Below, piece by piece: positions 37,287 to 47,725 of a DNA stretch of 64,000 nt. The position numbers and the translations under genes were made by a program. The stretch comes from a virus (taxonomy: Duplodnaviria; Caudoviricetes). Under the pieces are notes generated by a model that saw nothing but the letters and a program-made list of their open reading frames with translations, was not told the DNA's origin and searched no databases. The DNA lies in the IMG/VR virus record IMGVR_UViG_3300021255_002056, positions 1-64,000 of that record, one strand, 5' to 3'. The number at the start of each line of letters is the position of its first letter. The stretch's first letter is position 1.

Positions 37287-37303
37287 TTAGTCTCCTCCTT
37301 TCT

Positions 37304-40300
37304 TTAGATTGCGCTTCCAAGAATACGATTAACTTCGTTAGCTATTTGCCTTGAGTACCGCATTACATCTGCTTCAGAAAGGTCTCTTCCTGCATTATTA
37401 ACTGTAAAATTAACAGTAACACCACTAGAGTTCTTTCCTAATACGCCATTTTGAATTCCTAAACGCGCAGACGAAATATTTAAAGCTGCATCATATTGGT
37501 CTTCGCTAGAAAGAAGGCCATTAATGGATTTGGCTCCTTCCAAAATATTTGCAGTGTCTAAAACAGGACTAATAATAGGATTGTATTCGCTATTTAAAAT
37601 ATCATCGGATGCATGAAGAGCCATTTGAACTGCGTTTGAGATTTTATTTGCTGCATCTCCAGCCGTTGCAATAGCGTCTTCGGATAAATCGCTTATACCA
37701 TTAGTCAAACCCATCACAAAGAAACTACCTAATTCATAAGCAACTTTTGATGGTGAATTAACCATCCAATTATCACCAACTATTTGTGAAGTTTTTTTAG
37801 CGATTTCTTCTGCTTTCGGATATAAAACAGAAATAGCCATTTCATCCATACCATCGGCCAATCCTTTAACCCAGTTCTTGCCCATCGTAGTAAATATACC
37901 AACTGTAGTCATTTTGTGACCTTCGTATTCGGATTCAGAAAAGTGTTTTATTAATTCTTGTACTGTCTTATCAACGTTTTTATGCAAAGATTTTACAGCG
38001 TCTGATTCGGTTAGCACTTTGCTTAAAGAACTTAAATATGTGGTTCCGGTTTCTGTGGCTCCAGTTTCTACTTGTTCGGTAAGTTGCTCATTATTAAACA
38101 ATGAACCGAATATTCCTAAGAAGCTGCTTCCAAATCCTTCCGCAGCAGATTCCCCTTCGCTTTCTGTAGTACTATCTCCAGCAAGAACAGAATTCACAAT
38201 TTCTTTCAAACCTGAAGCATACTGCTTAACTTTTTCGCCTGCTGCAGATAAAGTAGTTTCAATTCCAGACATATTATCAGATTCAGCCATTTCGGCAATC
38301 ATAGTGCTAATGTCAAGCATTTTCTGTACTTGCTCAGTATCTGGTATAGTTGGTGGGAAATCATTAACAAATGATTTGAAACTTCCAGCAAAGCTTGCAA
38401 TTCCTTTTCCAAGAGCCTTAATATTTGATCCACCACTGAAAGTTCCCTCAGTTGGGTTAAGACTATTTTCAAGCTCAACAAATTTACCAGAAAGTTCAAT
38501 AACGCTATCAATAATGTTTCCAAGAATCTCAAATCTATCTGGGTTTAAAGATTTTCTTATAGAAACTTCTCCTGCTCCAGGAATTGTTTCCGTGATCGTC
38601 GAGAATTCTTTGCTAGTGGTAGTTTGAATATAAGTGAATGCATTTAAACCTTCTGTTAAGCCTTCTGCAAATTTCTTAATTCTTGCACCAAAATCGCCAA
38701 GATTTCCTTCATCGCTTCCCTTTAAAAGACTCATTAAGCTTTTTGACGAAGCAACGCTATCCTCAAGATCTCTTAAAGCTTCGCCAGCTTTAACTACTCG
38801 TTCAAGTACTGCGTCATTAAATCCTTTAGACCCAGTTTCTTCGTCTCCATTTACAAATATATTGGACATTTCGACAAGGCCTCTGGCAAATGAAGTAATC
38901 CTATCTCCAAAATCTCCAAGATCACTTTCACCAATGATTTTTTGTAATAAACCGCCTTTGCTGCCTAAGGATGTTTCCAATTCTCGCATAGTTTCACCAG
39001 CAGTAGCAGCTATTGTTAATGCATCGCTATTAAAACCACTGCCTTCAGTTCCGCCGACCAAAATATTTGACATGTTGACAAGAGCTCTGGCATAAGAATT
39101 CATTCCTCGACCAAAATCTTCGAGATTTGTCTTTTTGCCAACAATCAAATCTATCAAGCCACCAGAACGGCCTAACGAACTTGACAAGTTTGTAAACATT
39201 TCTCCTATTTTTGCAGCAGAATCTAATTTTGCTGGACTAATAGTTTTTATTTCATCAGAAAAGCTTGTGATAACTGTAGCGTATGCTGAGAAGAATTCAC
39301 CAACTTTTTCGAAATTAAGATTGTTATTCTGGCCTAAAGTTCTAATAGAATTAATAAATGTTTTAGCGCCAAAAACATCAATTACAGAACTTACTGCAGT
39401 AATTTTAGCAGTAAAATCTGATGGTGTCTCCATTTCGAACAACGGTTTAACACTTTCAACAAATCCAGCAATACTTGCGCCAATTCGTTCAAGGCCATTA
39501 GCAATAGATGCGATTAATCCGCCACCAATATTTTCTATTAAACTGCCAGCAAATCCGCCAATAGCATCTCCAAAGCCTTTCATGAACATTGCAAAACGAT
39601 CTATGTCTTCTTGAGAAATATCTGCATTTTGAGATAGAATTGCTGAAGCCACAGTGACAACAGTAAGCAATGCTGCAAATACAGAAAGCAATGGACCAAC
39701 AGTTGATAAGCTAATAGATGCCAATGAACCTGCAATTGATAATGCCAAAATTGCTCCAGATAAAGCGGCAATTACTTCTGAAAGCCCATTTGCAATTTGC
39801 AATGCAACCTGTGGATCTTTTATATTGGTTGTAAGCACATATAATGCCGCTCCAACCTCAGCAAGTATTACTGCCATACTAGCCAAAGCTATTCCGACTT
39901 GCCCTAAATTTGTAGTGCCAAATTTAGAAATTGTAAAGAATAATAGGCCAAGTGTTCCCAATACAGAAACGATAGAACCAACAGATACTATAAGTTTATT
40001 TGTATCCAAAAAACTTAATACAAAAATGGACCCGGCGACGAGAGCTATCATAGTGATTAATGTTGCTAAAGCCTTAACACTATTAGGATTAAAATTGCCG
40101 ACAGCTTTTCCCATCAAGCCTACCATTCCACCTATTCCCAAAAGAAGTGCCACAACAGAGCCAACGCCTTTTATAAGTTCGTCAACATCCATGTTTTTGA
40201 ATATCAATACAGCTCCTGCCAAAGCATATAAGCTTATTGCTATACTTCCAATAAGAACACCCATGGCGATTATATTTTTCCAAGATGTTGCTTCTTTTGT

Positions 40301-43300
40301 TTTTGGATTAAATGAACTGATCCAAGCCGTAAACGATGCAATAATGCCCATTACAATCATTAGTACAGAAACTGTTGCACCGCCTTTTATCAATAAGTTT
40401 TTATCGATTTCGCCAAGCTTTTCAATAGCTTTTCCAAATAAAAAGACTGATGCAATAAGCGAAATAGTGAACGCCGCCATTCCAAGGAAATCTGTTGAAA
40501 TACTATTCAAAAGCTTCATAGCAACAACCAAAGATACCAATAACGGAATAGCTGAAATCATACTTATAGTGAGATTCATTATTCCCGATATGCTCTTTTC
40601 AAGATCCATGGATGATAACTTATCTAAAGCTTTAGAAAGGACAAACAATGTTCCGACAATTGACAAAATCGGTAAAGATGCGCCAGCATTTAATCCTTTT
40701 ATTGCACGAGATGCAGCGAGCATAAGAATGACTGAGCCAATAAAGCCCGCAATAGCAGATCCAATATCTTCGAAATGAATCTTTGACATTTTCTGTAATG
40801 CTACAGCAAGTATATATATGCTTCCTGCAAATCCAATAAGCATTCCGGCAGATACAATAGCATCCTTGTCGCCATATTTCTTCATTATTGCGATTAACGA
40901 ACCTACGCCGACAACTAAAGCAATCATACTGCCTATAGCAAGTAATGCAGATTGTGTTATGTCATTAATTTGCTCAAAGTTTTTCAATGCAATACTTAAT
41001 ACAGTAACAGCTGCAGCCATACCAAGCATTAATGCTGTTAACTTATTAATTCCATTGTCAGATACATCGCCTAAACTTTTCGAAGATTTACCTACAAAAT
41101 GATTAAAAACCGCGACGATAGTTAATAATGCAGCAATTGCACCTATAGCTTCAAGCAATGCAATAGGATCTATCTTGGCAAGTACATACATGGCTGCGGT
41201 CAATATTGTAATCGCAATAGCGACTTTTAAAATATTTTCAGTTTTAACATTCTTGGTCATTTGATTAAAATAACCAGAAATTGATGTACCAACTTGCCCT
41301 ATTGTCGTCGAAAGTTGCTTTCCTACTCCAGCAAAAGATTTAAGAACATCGTTAATTGTTTCTATTGGTGTCAACAACCCGTTTAAGAAAGTAGAAACAC
41401 TGTTCATCGCTTTACCTATGCCGCTAACCAAAACATAACCTGTAAGGAATCCGGCAAGCTGTTCAAAGCGTTTTCTAATTTCTGTTGTTATAGAAGATAA
41501 TTTATCCCAGTCAATATCAAGCTTACTAATAGTGTCTTCGATCGTGTTAATAATGTCATTAAAACCTTTGATCATATCAGCATTTACAGCTGAAAGCCCA
41601 TTACTTAAGCTTAATGGCTTTAGAAAATCATTTATATTAAGTTTCTTATCTTTTAATTCGTTGAATTTAGTGTTAACAGTTCCAAAGAATCCTTCAGCAG
41701 ATTCACGTATTGTATCAAAAGAAAGATTTTTCAGAGAAAAGTTTTTAATATTATTTAAAATACTGCTAATATTTTCTGAGACACTTTCTATCTGAACAAA
41801 CTGCTCCAACCATTTTTTAACTCTATCTATGGCGTTTCCAATTAATTCAGCACCATTTTGAATTGTTTCTAATATTACATTATTGTTGGAAAGCCAATCA
41901 ACAGCTCTCTTTGAAGCTTCTATAATTTTTTCTGATAGTTCAACTACTTTTTCTCTAAAACCTTCTAAATATGGCTCAACAATCGGATAAATGGCTTTTA
42001 TTCCATCTCTAACAGTATTGTATATACCTTTAACTAAATTACCTACAGCAATACCTATTCCTGCAAGAACCGATAATATAGGTGAGCCTTTTATGGTATT
42101 TATAAATTCTTCAGATTTAAAGAAATCGAAATTAAAATAATCAGAAAGATTTATCTTTTTTAAATTTGAAAAGACAGAAACAATCGTGTTTGGAATGTCT
42201 TTAATTTTTTCGACTATTTTATTGACAAAGCCATGAATATCTAAACTTTTAAAAAATGAAGACAATTTAATTGTCTTTAGTCGCTTAAAAGCATTCGCAA
42301 AACTTAATGGAAGATTTCTTAGATTGTTAATAATATTTTCAAATGACAAATTCTTTACAGCATTCCATAATAAAACAGGAAGCTTTTTAAGATCATTAAA
42401 CGCTGATTCAAAAGAAAGGTTTTTTAAATAAGCCAAAGCATCTTTTATAGACATTGATACTTTATTCAAATCAATAAATTTAGAAATCCATTTTGAAACT
42501 GAATCAGAAATTCCGTCAAATAAAGATTTTACATTTTCTAAATTTACAAATTGGCCAATAAAATTTCTTGTTGAATCAATTGCGGAATTTACAATAGTTG
42601 TAAGTTTACTGAAATCTCCGGTAAATAAACCACTATTTTTTATCCATTCAGTCATACGGTCAACACCAGTTGTTAATCCGTCAACAAAATCAGATAAACT
42701 TATTTTTACTTTATCAAATGATGGAACCAATTTTACAACATTATCCTTAAAAGCTTTTAGAGAAGGCTGGATTAATCTTGTGATTGTTCCTACTAGACCT
42801 TCCTTTAAAGTTTTGAATAACGTGTTTATTGAATTACCAAGTTTGTCTATTGAACTAAATGCATTTTTAATAACTGGAGCAACGGTTTTAATCTTCTCAA
42901 TAATTGCCGAATTTCCAGTTGCATTTTTAATTGCTTCTGTAAAATCATGGACCTTTAAAACTATGTCATAAATAATTTCTGAAAAATCCCAGCCAAATAA
43001 ATTCTTCCAAAATTCGCCAAGAATATTTTTTAGATTCTTTATTGTGCCAGTAATATTCGTAATTGTTTCTGAAAGTAATACTTGCCCAGATTTTTGATTT
43101 AATTTTTCTAATATCTTAGATAAAGGTGCATCTGCATCTTCTAAACTAGCAATAAATTCTTTTATTGCAGCAGCATCTTTTTTTGAAACACCTAAGTTCT
43201 CTAGTTGTGCTTCGGAAAGATGCTCTATATCTTTAGCTGTTAATTCATAACCAGCTTTATGGCCTAATTCAGCCATTTTATTAACTAAATCATATTGAAC

Positions 43301-44860
43301 TGTAGCATAATCAAGACCAGCTTCAGCTAGTTTATTAATACGTTCCTCTCCGTTTCCATATTTACCAGACCAAATATCATTATAAATTTGCTGAATATGG
43401 GCAAGAGAATCAACTGCATCGGAAGCATCACCAACAGACTCTTTTAACTTTTCAACATAATCTTTGGTAAACTTACTTAATAAATTAGCTATACCAGCTT
43501 TTCTATTAGGAGAAGCTTCGCTTTCAATTATTGCGTTTCCATGGCCAAGAGCATTCGCTAAAGAACCATATTGCTGAATTAATTTTTCAACATTCCAGCC
43601 ATTGTCCTTTAAAAACGTTTTAAATGACTTGTCGTAGTCTTCGAAATCAAGACCACTTTCGGTCATAACATTTTTTATTTGGTCATAATTACTGCTAAAA
43701 GCTTTTGCCAATACATCATTACGAACATCACCGGCACTAGCAAAAATATCATACAAATCGTTTGCTAAATTTGTCCATGTTTCTTTTGCTTGAGTGTAAT
43801 CGCCAAAGAATAATTCAAAACTTTTCAACCATTTTGAAGAAACAGCGTCTTTTGTCGCATCAATCGCCTCGTTGAATGTTTTGGCTTCCTGAGCAGCTTT
43901 TGCAGCACGTAGATAAATATCATCATAATCCTGCGCTAAATACTTATAAGCATCAGAATATGTGTCAAATTTACCAGCTTCTACGAGTTCATCAGCCATC
44001 TGGGTATATTTAGCGAATTTGCCGAATGTTTCTTCCATTACGGTTGTATCAGCCCAACCTTCTTTTAAAGTTTCGCTAAAATTTCCTATATCGACAATGG
44101 TTTTCTTAACTGTTTGTCCGTTCTTATTGAGTCTTCCTAACTCGATTGCAGTCTCAATAAATGATTGCTTTAATTCTTTAGAAGCAACGCCTGCAAGCTC
44201 TAAAGACTTCCAATCCATATATTTCAGAGCTCCAGCTCCATAGGATTGATTTAAATTGTAAATAGCTCTACTAAATTCTGCAGGTCCTTTACCAGCAAAT
44301 GCAACGGCATTCGCAATACCGGTTATCATCGGTACGAGTCGTTCAATATCACCGCCATTAGTTGTCAACTGAGCTAATGACCCAGCCATCTCATTAAAAC
44401 CGTAAGATGTCTCATCTGAAAATCTCATTAATTTATCAAGATAGCCATTAATATTATCAAGATCTCTTCCTGTTGAATTTAATAATGTCTGTACTGATTT
44501 TACCTTATCTTCATATTTACTATATCCTTGATAAAATGTTTCAATACCAGACATGGTTTTTATGAAATTTGGTGCAAATTCCATAGTTAAAAAATTGCCA
44601 ATGGCACGTAAAGCACCAATACCAACTTCTTTTAAACCATTAAATTTATTCTTTGCTTCGTCTACACCGCTTACAAGTACTTTTAAATCAAATTTCTTAG
44701 CTGCGTCTTCTAATTCTTCAATACCTTTTTTTGCACCGTCAAACTTAGATGCTTTCTCGAAACGGTTTAACGAGTCAATAGACTGTTGAACTTTCTTTTC
44801 AAATTGATCGTTTTCAAACTGTAACGATACAACTTTTTCGTCAATTGTTCTACTCATCAA
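37304..44860 (-). CDS. tape measure protein (2518 aa)
   Basis: Length, tape-measure N-domain (FSDETSYGFNEM...AIYNLNQSYGAG), hydrophobic helical repeats. Confidence 0.93.
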   Translation of the reverse strand: MMSRTIDEKVVSLQFENDQFEKKVQQSIDSLNRFEKASKFDGAKKGIEELEDAAKKFDLKVLVSGVDEAKNKFNGLKEVGIGALRAIGNFLTMEFAPNFIKTMSGIETFYQGYSKYEDKVKSVQTLLNSTGRDLDNINGYLDKLMRFSDETSYGFNEMAGSLAQLTTNGGDIERLVPMITGIANAVAFAGKGPAEFSRAIYNLNQSYGAGALKYMDWKSLELAGVASKELKQSFIETAIELGRLNKNGQTVKKTIVDIGNFSETLKEGWADTTVMEETFGKFAKYTQMADELVEAGKFDTYSDAYKYLAQDYDDIYLRAAKAAQEAKTFNEAIDATKDAVSSKWLKSFELFFGDYTQAKETWTNLANDLYDIFASAGDVRNDVLAKAFSSNYDQIKNVMTESGLDFEDYDKSFKTFLKDNGWNVEKLIQQYGSLANALGHGNAIIESEASPNRKAGIANLLSKFTKDYVEKLKESVGDASDAVDSLAHIQQIYNDIWSGKYGNGEERINKLAEAGLDYATVQYDLVNKMAELGHKAGYELTAKDIEHLSEAQLENLGVSKKDAAAIKEFIASLEDADAPLSKILEKLNQKSGQVLLSETITNITGTIKNLKNILGEFWKNLFGWDFSEIIYDIVLKVHDFTEAIKNATGNSAIIEKIKTVAPVIKNAFSSIDKLGNSINTLFKTLKEGLVGTITRLIQPSLKAFKDNVVKLVPSFDKVKISLSDFVDGLTTGVDRMTEWIKNSGLFTGDFSKLTTIVNSAIDSTRNFIGQFVNLENVKSLFDGISDSVSKWISKFIDLNKVSMSIKDALAYLKNLSFESAFNDLKKLPVLLWNAVKNLSFENIINNLRNLPLSFANAFKRLKTIKLSSFFKSLDIHGFVNKIVEKIKDIPNTIVSVFSNLKKINLSDYFNFDFFKSEEFINTIKGSPILSVLAGIGIAVGNLVKGIYNTVRDGIKAIYPIVEPYLEGFREKVVELSEKIIEASKRAVDWLSNNNVILETIQNGAELIGNAIDRVKKWLEQFVQIESVSENISSILNNIKNFSLKNLSFDTIRESAEGFFGTVNTKFNELKDKKLNINDFLKPLSLSNGLSAVNADMIKGFNDIINTIEDTISKLDIDWDKLSSITTEIRKRFEQLAGFLTGYVLVSGIGKAMNSVSTFLNGLLTPIETINDVLKSFAGVGKQLSTTIGQVGTSISGYFNQMTKNVKTENILKVAIAITILTAAMYVLAKIDPIALLEAIGAIAALLTIVAVFNHFVGKSSKSLGDVSDNGINKLTALMLGMAAAVTVLSIALKNFEQINDITQSALLAIGSMIALVVGVGSLIAIMKKYGDKDAIVSAGMLIGFAGSIYILAVALQKMSKIHFEDIGSAIAGFIGSVILMLAASRAIKGLNAGASLPILSIVGTLFVLSKALDKLSSMDLEKSISGIMNLTISMISAIPLLVSLVVAMKLLNSISTDFLGMAAFTISLIASVFLFGKAIEKLGEIDKNLLIKGGATVSVLMIVMGIIASFTAWISSFNPKTKEATSWKNIIAMGVLIGSIAISLYALAGAVLIFKNMDVDELIKGVGSVVALLLGIGGMVGLMGKAVGNFNPNSVKALATLITMIALVAGSIFVLSFLDTNKLIVSVGSIVSVLGTLGLLFFTISKFGTTNLGQVGIALASMAVILAEVGAALYVLTTNIKDPQVALQIANGLSEVIAALSGAILALSIAGSLASISLSTVGPLLSVFAALLTVVTVASAILSQNADISQEDIDRFAMFMKGFGDAIGGFAGSLIENIGGGLIASIANGLERIGASIAGFVESVKPLFEMETPSDFTAKITAVSSVIDVFGAKTFINSIRTLGQNNNLNFEKVGEFFSAYATVITSFSDEIKTISPAKLDSAAKIGEMFTNLSSSLGRSGGLIDLIVGKKTNLEDFGRGMNSYARALVNMSNILVGGTEGSGFNSDALTIAATAGETMRELETSLGSKGGLLQKIIGESDLGDFGDRITSFARGLVEMSNIFVNGDEETGSKGFNDAVLERVVKAGEALRDLEDSVASSKSLMSLLKGSDEGNLGDFGARIKKFAEGLTEGLNAFTYIQTTTSKEFSTITETIPGAGEVSIRKSLNPDRFEILGNIIDSVIELSGKFVELENSLNPTEGTFSGGSNIKALGKGIASFAGSFKSFVNDFPPTIPDTEQVQKMLDISTMIAEMAESDNMSGIETTLSAAGEKVKQYASGLKEIVNSVLAGDSTTESEGESAAEGFGSSFLGIFGSLFNNEQLTEQVETGATETGTTYLSSLSKVLTESDAVKSLHKNVDKTVQELIKHFSESEYEGHKMTTVGIFTTMGKNWVKGLADGMDEMAISVLYPKAEEIAKKTSQIVGDNWMVNSPSKVAYELGSFFVMGLTNGISDLSEDAIATAGDAANKISNAVQMALHASDDILNSEYNPIISPVLDTANILEGAKSINGLLSSEDQYDAALNISSARLGIQNGVLGKNSSGVTVNFTVNNAGRDLSEADVMRYSRQIANEVNRILGSAI

Positions 44861-45299
44861 CTATCTCCTTCCATGCATCTTTTGCTATCTTGTCAAAAAT
44901 AGGCTGAATAGCAGGATTGATGTAATCAATGCCTTCTACCCAGCCTCCAGTTCCAGTACTATGTCCGTACTGTAATAAAATAGCAACCTGGACAGTATAT
45001 TGCCTTTTACCAGTACTACCGTTTTTGTTTTTTGCTGTATAATCAGCAGACACAACATTAGAATTACAAAATTCTATGCCAAGTACTTGCTTTTCTTCAT
45101 TAACTTTAATTCTATAGAACCAAGAATCTCTAGTGTTCCCAGTATCAACTGGCGTAACAGATTTTAATGCTTCGACACCTTGTTCACCATATTTATCAAG
45201 AAGCCATGTTTTAAGCAAAAGCTTTTTTATTGGATTCTTTATATCCGCAAGATACTTAAAGGCTTTATCGTAATGCCCTTTTGATTTAATTCTAAGCAT
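44850..45299 (-). CDS. HK97 gp10-like neck/tail protein
   Basis: TPVDTGNTRDSW; LQYGH.T..G.WVEG..YINPA. Confidence 0.75.
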   Translation of the reverse strand: MLRIKSKGHYDKAFKYLADIKNPIKKLLLKTWLLDKYGEQGVEALKSVTPVDTGNTRDSWFYRIKVNEEKQVLGIEFCNSNVVSADYTAKNKNGSTGKRQYTVQVAILLQYGHSTGTGGWVEGIDYINPAIQPIFDKIAKDAWKEIVDE

Positions 45300-45317
45300 T
45301 TTAAAACCTCCAAATCT

Positions 45318-45860
45318 CTAGCCTCGACTATGAAGTTTTGCCCTTCTAGCTTGATTCAAAGCCTTATTTCTACTGATTATTTCTTTTTGGCTCATCTTCT
45401 TATCCGGACTATTTTTACTTGCGCAGACACGAATTAAAGTCATCAGTCTACTTAAATGCCATTTTTGGCATTCAAACGGAATATTATAACTGATCATCCA
45501 ATAATAGATTATCTCAGCTGTAATTATCTCCCTGCTTGTACTCTTTTTTTCGTCACTAAAAGTAGTGGCTGTCATTGGATCGTTGATGTAATTATTTATC
45601 TTTATTAGATCTTTTTGCGAAATACAATAATATATAATTGGATCTACATTTTGGGTTAAAGTCATGCACCTAATGTAGTCAATTTCTTCCTCTTTCGTTT
45701 TATTGTTTAATGAAAGATAAGGTTTTTTCCATTTAGATTCCCATTTTGAAATAGAAACCAATGAATGCTCTAAAACAAGAGTTACATCATTTTTAATATT
45801 AATGAACTCTTGTTTTTTTTCGTCAAACCATTCGCCTTTATGGATGACAAGTTTGTACAT
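45318..45860 (-). CDS. tail assembly chaperone (second)
   Basis: LEHSLVSISKWESKWKKP...WHLSRLMTLI; position before TMP. Confidence 0.65.
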   Translation of the reverse strand: MYKLVIHKGEWFDEKKQEFINIKNDVTLVLEHSLVSISKWESKWKKPYLSLNNKTKEEEIDYIRCMTLTQNVDPIIYYCISQKDLIKINNYINDPMTATTFSDEKKSTSREIITAEIIYYWMISYNIPFECQKWHLSRLMTLIRVCASKNSPDKKMSQKEIISRNKALNQARRAKLHSRG

Positions 45861-46303
45861 TATTCAGCTTTTAAATTCTCTAATAGTTTCTTTGTGTCGT
45901 CATCAATTTCGCCATTAGCAATTGCTTCATTAGCCTTAGCTGCTAAATCTGCAGGTAAAATACCATTGATGAACGCTGAAGCTGAATCAGTATTTGTAGC
46001 AAGCTCCATGTAAATTTCGGAATAAGCTTCTGTTGAAGCAAAATCTTCGCGAATTTCGTCTGACTTCTTAAATCTCTTACCATCTTCCGACTTAATACCG
46101 TAAGCAAGAAGAATAATTTTCTTAAACAACTTAATTAACGCTGGCGTGTCTTTAGCATTTACAATTTTCTTAATGATTTCTAACAAACCGCCATCGGTTG
46201 AAAGCTGCATGTCAATTAATTCAGCTTTCGTAAAATTGAAGTAAAAATCTTCTGTTCTTTCTACTCCATTAAAATCAGTGTAAGTAACAGTCTTTTTATA
46301 CAT
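45860..46303 (-). CDS. tail assembly chaperone
   Basis: TYTDFNG...EDFYFN; position after the major tail gene. Confidence 0.7.
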   Translation of the reverse strand: MYKKTVTYTDFNGVERTEDFYFNFTKAELIDMQLSTDGGLLEIIKKIVNAKDTPALIKLFKKIILLAYGIKSEDGKRFKKSDEIREDFASTEAYSEIYMELATNTDSASAFINGILPADLAAKANEAIANGEIDDDTKKLLENLKAE

Positions 46304-46324
46304 AATTCTCTCCTTTCATAAATA

Positions 46325-46354
46325 AAGGGCTGAATAGAAAACTAGACAGCCCTT
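46325..46354 (-). terminator. intrinsic terminator-like hairpin after the major tail gene
   Basis: AAGGGCTG...CAGCCCTT stem followed by TATTT. Confidence 0.55.
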
Positions 46355-46375
46355 CCCCATTTTGATTATTTGCTA

Positions 46376-47056
46376 CTAAGCTAAAATAGTCTTGATTTCA
46401 TCTGGTAAAGGAAGTCTTGCAGAAGTTCCTTCGCCACCAGAAGCACCATCAGTTCCGTAAAGAACATCTTCAAGGGCTTTTAACTTCGAAGCTTCGAGTT
46501 TCGTTGAATCAATTTCAAGAGTACAAGTAGGCTTGAAACCAGTTACTGGAACCGGAGTACAAGAAACTTCCCAAGACATTTCAACTGCAGACGGTGAATC
46601 GTTTACTGTGTCATGCGTCTTTGCAGAAGGAGATGCCTTACAGCCATAAACAATATGCAGTTTATAACCATAGTTATCACCCTGAGTATCATTTCCGACG
46701 ATTGTTCTGTAGCAGAAGCCAAAAGGCTGACGAGCCTGCTGACCAATAACTACGCCTTTAGCATCATTATCAAGTAAGGATGCTGAGCCATCACACGCTT
46801 CAAATTCATCAGGATAAGTGTAAGCTCTAATTGTGCCGCCGTATTCTTCAGCTGAGAACATTGTGATATAGTTAATATCATCTGCCCACAATTTGGTTGG
46901 TTCTGCACCTGAAGGATTTTCATCAAAGCCTAAAAGACCATTCCAAGCGACTCCTTTAGAATAGACATTGCTGCTGTCGATCAGATAGAGAACTGCATTA
47001 CGAGCACCAGTTTCATATACTTTTTCACCAATCTGATCCCAAACTAATTTGGCCAT
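46376..47056 (-). CDS. major tail (tube) protein
   Basis: GVAWNGL...ADDINY...AYTYPDEF...FGFCYRT...LHIVYG motifs. Confidence 0.85.
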   Translation of the reverse strand: MAKLVWDQIGEKVYETGARNAVLYLIDSSNVYSKGVAWNGLLGFDENPSGAEPTKLWADDINYITMFSAEEYGGTIRAYTYPDEFEACDGSASLLDNDAKGVVIGQQARQPFGFCYRTIVGNDTQGDNYGYKLHIVYGCKASPSAKTHDTVNDSPSAVEMSWEVSCTPVPVTGFKPTCTLEIDSTKLEASKLKALEDVLYGTDGASGGEGTSARLPLPDEIKTILA

Positions 47057-47068
47057 TTTATTCCTCCA

Positions 47069-47380
47069 TTAAAAATATAAATTAAACACATCATGATAAA
47101 GATTATCTGAAACAAAACGGCGATCATATGAACAGTATGGAAGTTCCAATAATTTGTCCACATAATCGTCGTTGTCCGGATTTCTATCAATTAATGTTAT
47201 AGTATACCGATTTAATCCTTTATAAGATGTATCATCGGCGTAATCAATATCTCGTGAAGCTCTTTCATAAACTATACACGGATACTTTATCAAGTGTTGC
47301 GCAGGAGATTGAAAATAAACGTTTTTATTACCTAAGATTTCTCTAAAAATCGGAGAAAGCTCAATTCGGTTCCTCGCCAT
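47069..47380 (-). CDS. tail completion/terminator protein
   Basis: VYFQ...KYPCIVY...YTIT.I; position. Confidence 0.7.
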   Translation of the reverse strand: MARNRIELSPIFREILGNKNVYFQSPAQHLIKYPCIVYERASRDIDYADDTSYKGLNRYTITLIDRNPDNDDYVDKLLELPYCSYDRRFVSDNLYHDVFNLYF

Positions 47381-47687
47381 TCCACAAACCTCCTAACGAC
47401 ATAATTAATCTGGGATACTGAACTTCGATATCATTAATCTTCCATTTAGTTCCCATAAATGTAACATATTTCATTCGATAGAAATTCTCTCTAGCATATG
47501 GATCGGCAATAAAACTTATTTGATTTGAAATGTTGAAACCGTCATTTATCTGACCAGCAGCGCCATTAATTTTGTTATTTCTTAAAATATCGCCATAATA
47601 CGATCTTTCGATTATGTGTTCAACCCAAACATCAGGAGCTGTCTCTTCAGTAACTGCAAAGCCTATTTGCCCATACCATTTCGCCAT
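47361..47687 (-). CDS. head closure / head-tail adaptor
   Basis: Follows the capsid gene; ISFIADPYA...YV.F.G.KW.I. Confidence 0.7.
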   Translation of the reverse strand: MAKWYGQIGFAVTEETAPDVWVEHIIERSYYGDILRNNKINGAAGQINDGFNISNQISFIADPYARENFYRMKYVTFMGTKWKINDIEVQYPRLIMSLGGLWNGEEPN

Positions 47688-47725
47688 TTTGAATTATTCC
47701 TTTCTATCGAACGAACCTATTTGTA

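Noticed and set aside
45318-46303. Programmed frameshift between the tail chaperones
   Set aside because: The genes overlap by TAATG with a normal start, and no clear slippery heptamer was identified.
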